DNA from: Verrucomicrobiaceae bacterium
GTDB taxonomy: Bacteria; Verrucomicrobiota; Verrucomicrobiia; Verrucomicrobiales; Akkermansiaceae
Direction of reading: 5' to 3'
Length of the DNA stretch: 64,000 bases
Assembly: GCA_051252135.1 (NCBI GenBank)
Contig: JBPOGH010000006.1
Location: 32,001-96,000, forward strand
How positions within the stretch are numbered: the first letter of the stretch is position 1; every line of letters begins with the position of its first letter. A program made the translations under genes and the position numbers. Shown here piece after piece: positions 63,001-64,000 of this stretch. A model generated the notes under the pieces. The model was not told the DNA's origin, did not search any database, and worked only from the letters and a program-made list of their open reading frames with translations.

Positions 63001-64000
63001 GGCCGCGATATCGATCGTGCCGTCGGCGTGGTTGTGAATGGTGTTCCGTTCGTAAGCGTTAATCGGTCCGCTTCCATGCCAGCGCAGGACTCCGTGGTTT
63101 TCGATACCTGCAAGTATATTCAAGCGGTGGATCTCCGGCCCTTTGACTTCCAGTTGGGAGCCTCCTGCGATGTGGAATGTTCCCGAAATCGTGCCATCGA
63201 GCCAGTCGAGGGTCCCATTGAATGCGGCAGTTTCGCTACAGATCAATTGACCTCCGGAGTTTAGGCGAAGGCTTGAGACTGTCTCAGTCACCACACCCGA
63301 GAGGTGGGTGTTGCCGACGATGTCGATGGTTCCGGGACCAGTCAATTCGGCACCGTTGGGGAGGTTTGTTGTGGTTGCCAAATTTAGAATTCCGCTGTTG
63401 GCGCGGGTCTGACCCATGAGGTTGAAGGTCCAGCTGTTGCCCAAGTTGGTGACAGGAGCCGTTCCGTTCTTTTGAAGAACTCCGTGGTTGTTGAAGATGT
63501 TTCCTCCATAGAGGCTGGTGAAGGGAGTTTCCGTATTTTGGAGAGACCAAGTGCCGTGGTTCTCAATGACGGCGGTCTCGTAGCCCCGAAGTTGTCCGCC
63601 GCTCATCGTCACGGTGCCCTGATTGTTGAAGGTCGTATGGAAAAAATCCGATACTCCCGAGGGGAGATTCACGGAGGCTCCCTCGGCTAGATTTAGAGAT
63701 GAATTCCGAATCGTTAGTCCTGTCCAAGTTGAGGAGGAGGTCAGATTGATGGTCGCGCTTTGGATGGTTCCTCCAGTGGTGTTGAGGTGGGCGAGATTGG
63801 CAGTTGCGACCGTCAGGTGGCTTGTTCCGTTGAGAGTTGCGGTGGTTGCCGTCAGCGTGTCCATGTTGGAGACCGTGGAATTGTGCAGCGAGAAGGTTTT
63901 GACGGTACGACTACCGCCGGCATTGACATTGCCGTCCGTGATTGTGACGTCGTCATTGACTCCAGGAACTCCTGATGGAGCCCAGTTTCGGGAGTCGCTC
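60019..64000 (-). CDS. Large beta-helix-like repetitive surface protein (5' end beyond the window)
   Basis: Frame stays open upstream of 63864 (SDSRNWAPSGVPGVNDDVTI...); six long repeats marked by YE and YGG; C-terminal DPDNDG and STD..W..FL.L.F domain. Confidence 0.85.
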   Translation of the reverse strand, partial: SDSRNWAPSGVPGVNDDVTITDGNVNAGGSRTVKTFSLHNSTVSNMDTLTATTATLNGTSHLTVATANLAHLNTTGGTIQSATINLTSSSTWTGLTIRNSSLNLAEGASVNLPSGVSDFFHTTFNNQGTVTMSGGQLRGYETAVIENHGTWSLQNTETPFTSLYGGNIFNNHGVLQKNGTAPVTNLGNSWTFNLMGQTRANSGILNLATTTNLPNGAELTGPGTIDIVGNTHLSGVVTETVSSLRLNSGGQLICSETAAFNGTLDWLDGTISGTFHIAGGSQLEVKGPEIHRLNILAGIENHGVLRWHGSGPINAYERNTIHNHADGTIDIAADGTPFTILYGGSQLENDGTVIKSAGSETATFKSLAFRNNGSLVSNSGTIELQPLTELTDGSTLSGSSSILFNGDVRLSGTVTETVNSLWMIGETLTGTAPCSLVGSLDYEAGTLAGAIGIPHGSLLNITGEEFKRLNINSRLDVHGELRWTGPRPLQFYENSVVQIHPDGVCNLSNDGDPFDSVYGGNELIIEGTFQKSNGSGGTTVCDSPTIRHKGDILCNTSTLEFTNTLYFEDSSTISGTGQVNLNGTMHLPGTVEFTAPTTWIGGSITGTGGSINGLLEWTGGISYGDCVIGSSGRLVVSDGTGAEKRLHVLATLEVSGALELSSGTLIAYERTLIKINSGGRCEGTGTALISITYGGNVLEVAPGGLLTTTSSGDLQINNQLVNHGLVSIPAGTLACHGGGGPSTGTYQATSGGTLLFTGGIHELDTDSTITGSGDIRVTGGTLRAIAPVNAIAHLDGGTIEGQLPDGEFRFLDGSSWSNGYLGGQSVIPNGATLHVDGSDPELRRLNLGAALDIQGKLKLNGNGHIQAYEKCLVEIDASGTLELTDDGSPFQIVYGGSSLTNHGTILKSGGDGDSLLQSIPYFSDGTINCQSGRIAINGPFSFWDGNTITGPGNTALIGGTTTLAGTTTVDSSVLELAGAELLGVAESMASLTGQSIEWSSGTVSGVVSFNGAASTTTDGFRRINLNGELRNAGTLTLNGSGVVQCYENSTLRNLPTGTLNTPGAVSISRVYGGNLFINEGTLTIGSPTGTLTVAPPFQQTSTGRLVVGVAGNSPDFDRLVVNNTATLAGTVVANLEGGFSPPVDTSFEVVDANTRVGTFDQAIAARFDVTYPVIGAPPVSQQNVVLVVKAGNSLDYDSWAEEHSLSGDDALPGADPDNDGVDNFTEYALNMNPNTIDQLPLGQSVADFEGVPCLVLHYRVWENRIGAGLRYLPETSTDMIDWHQNGMIDELDPSPPVIAGSEARMCRIPLNSSKQFLHLRFTNLSL

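Overview
Bacterial chromosomal segment, most likely Verrucomicrobiota of the Luteolibacter/Haloferula/Roseibacillus type. This is inferred from the DUF1549/DUF1553/DUF1501/DUF1800, DUF5069 and YdjY-like genes and the large secreted DxDxDG proteins. It holds about 50 genes. Housekeeping genes include tamA/tamB, miaA, mrdA, fabG, rplS, pyk, uvrB, deoC with two aldehyde dehydrogenases, lpxA, radC, oppABC, purD-pyrR-pyrB-pyrC and selO. I found no rRNA, tRNA, cas gene or transposase. The + strand is strongly G-rich regardless of gene orientation, which explains most of the long shadow ORFs in the track. The most notable unexplained structures are: (1) four co-oriented intergenic mosaic arrays in which a constant G-rich linker (CTTGGTTGAGGGG) separates interchangeable REP-like, nonamer and heptamer cassettes, one showing an apparent cassette gain with a 13-bp linker duplication; (2) a ~235-nt multi-stem RNA leader upstream of an RRM protein that has an (NR)n tract and an amphipathic helix; (3) a 285-bp MITE with a TTA target duplication; (4) an unlisted 33-aa lipoprotein; (5) a lipoprotein gene broken by one amber codon; (6) apparent pseudo-enzymes (PanB-like, HrgA-like). 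All family assignments come from motif recognition by eye, not from database searches.
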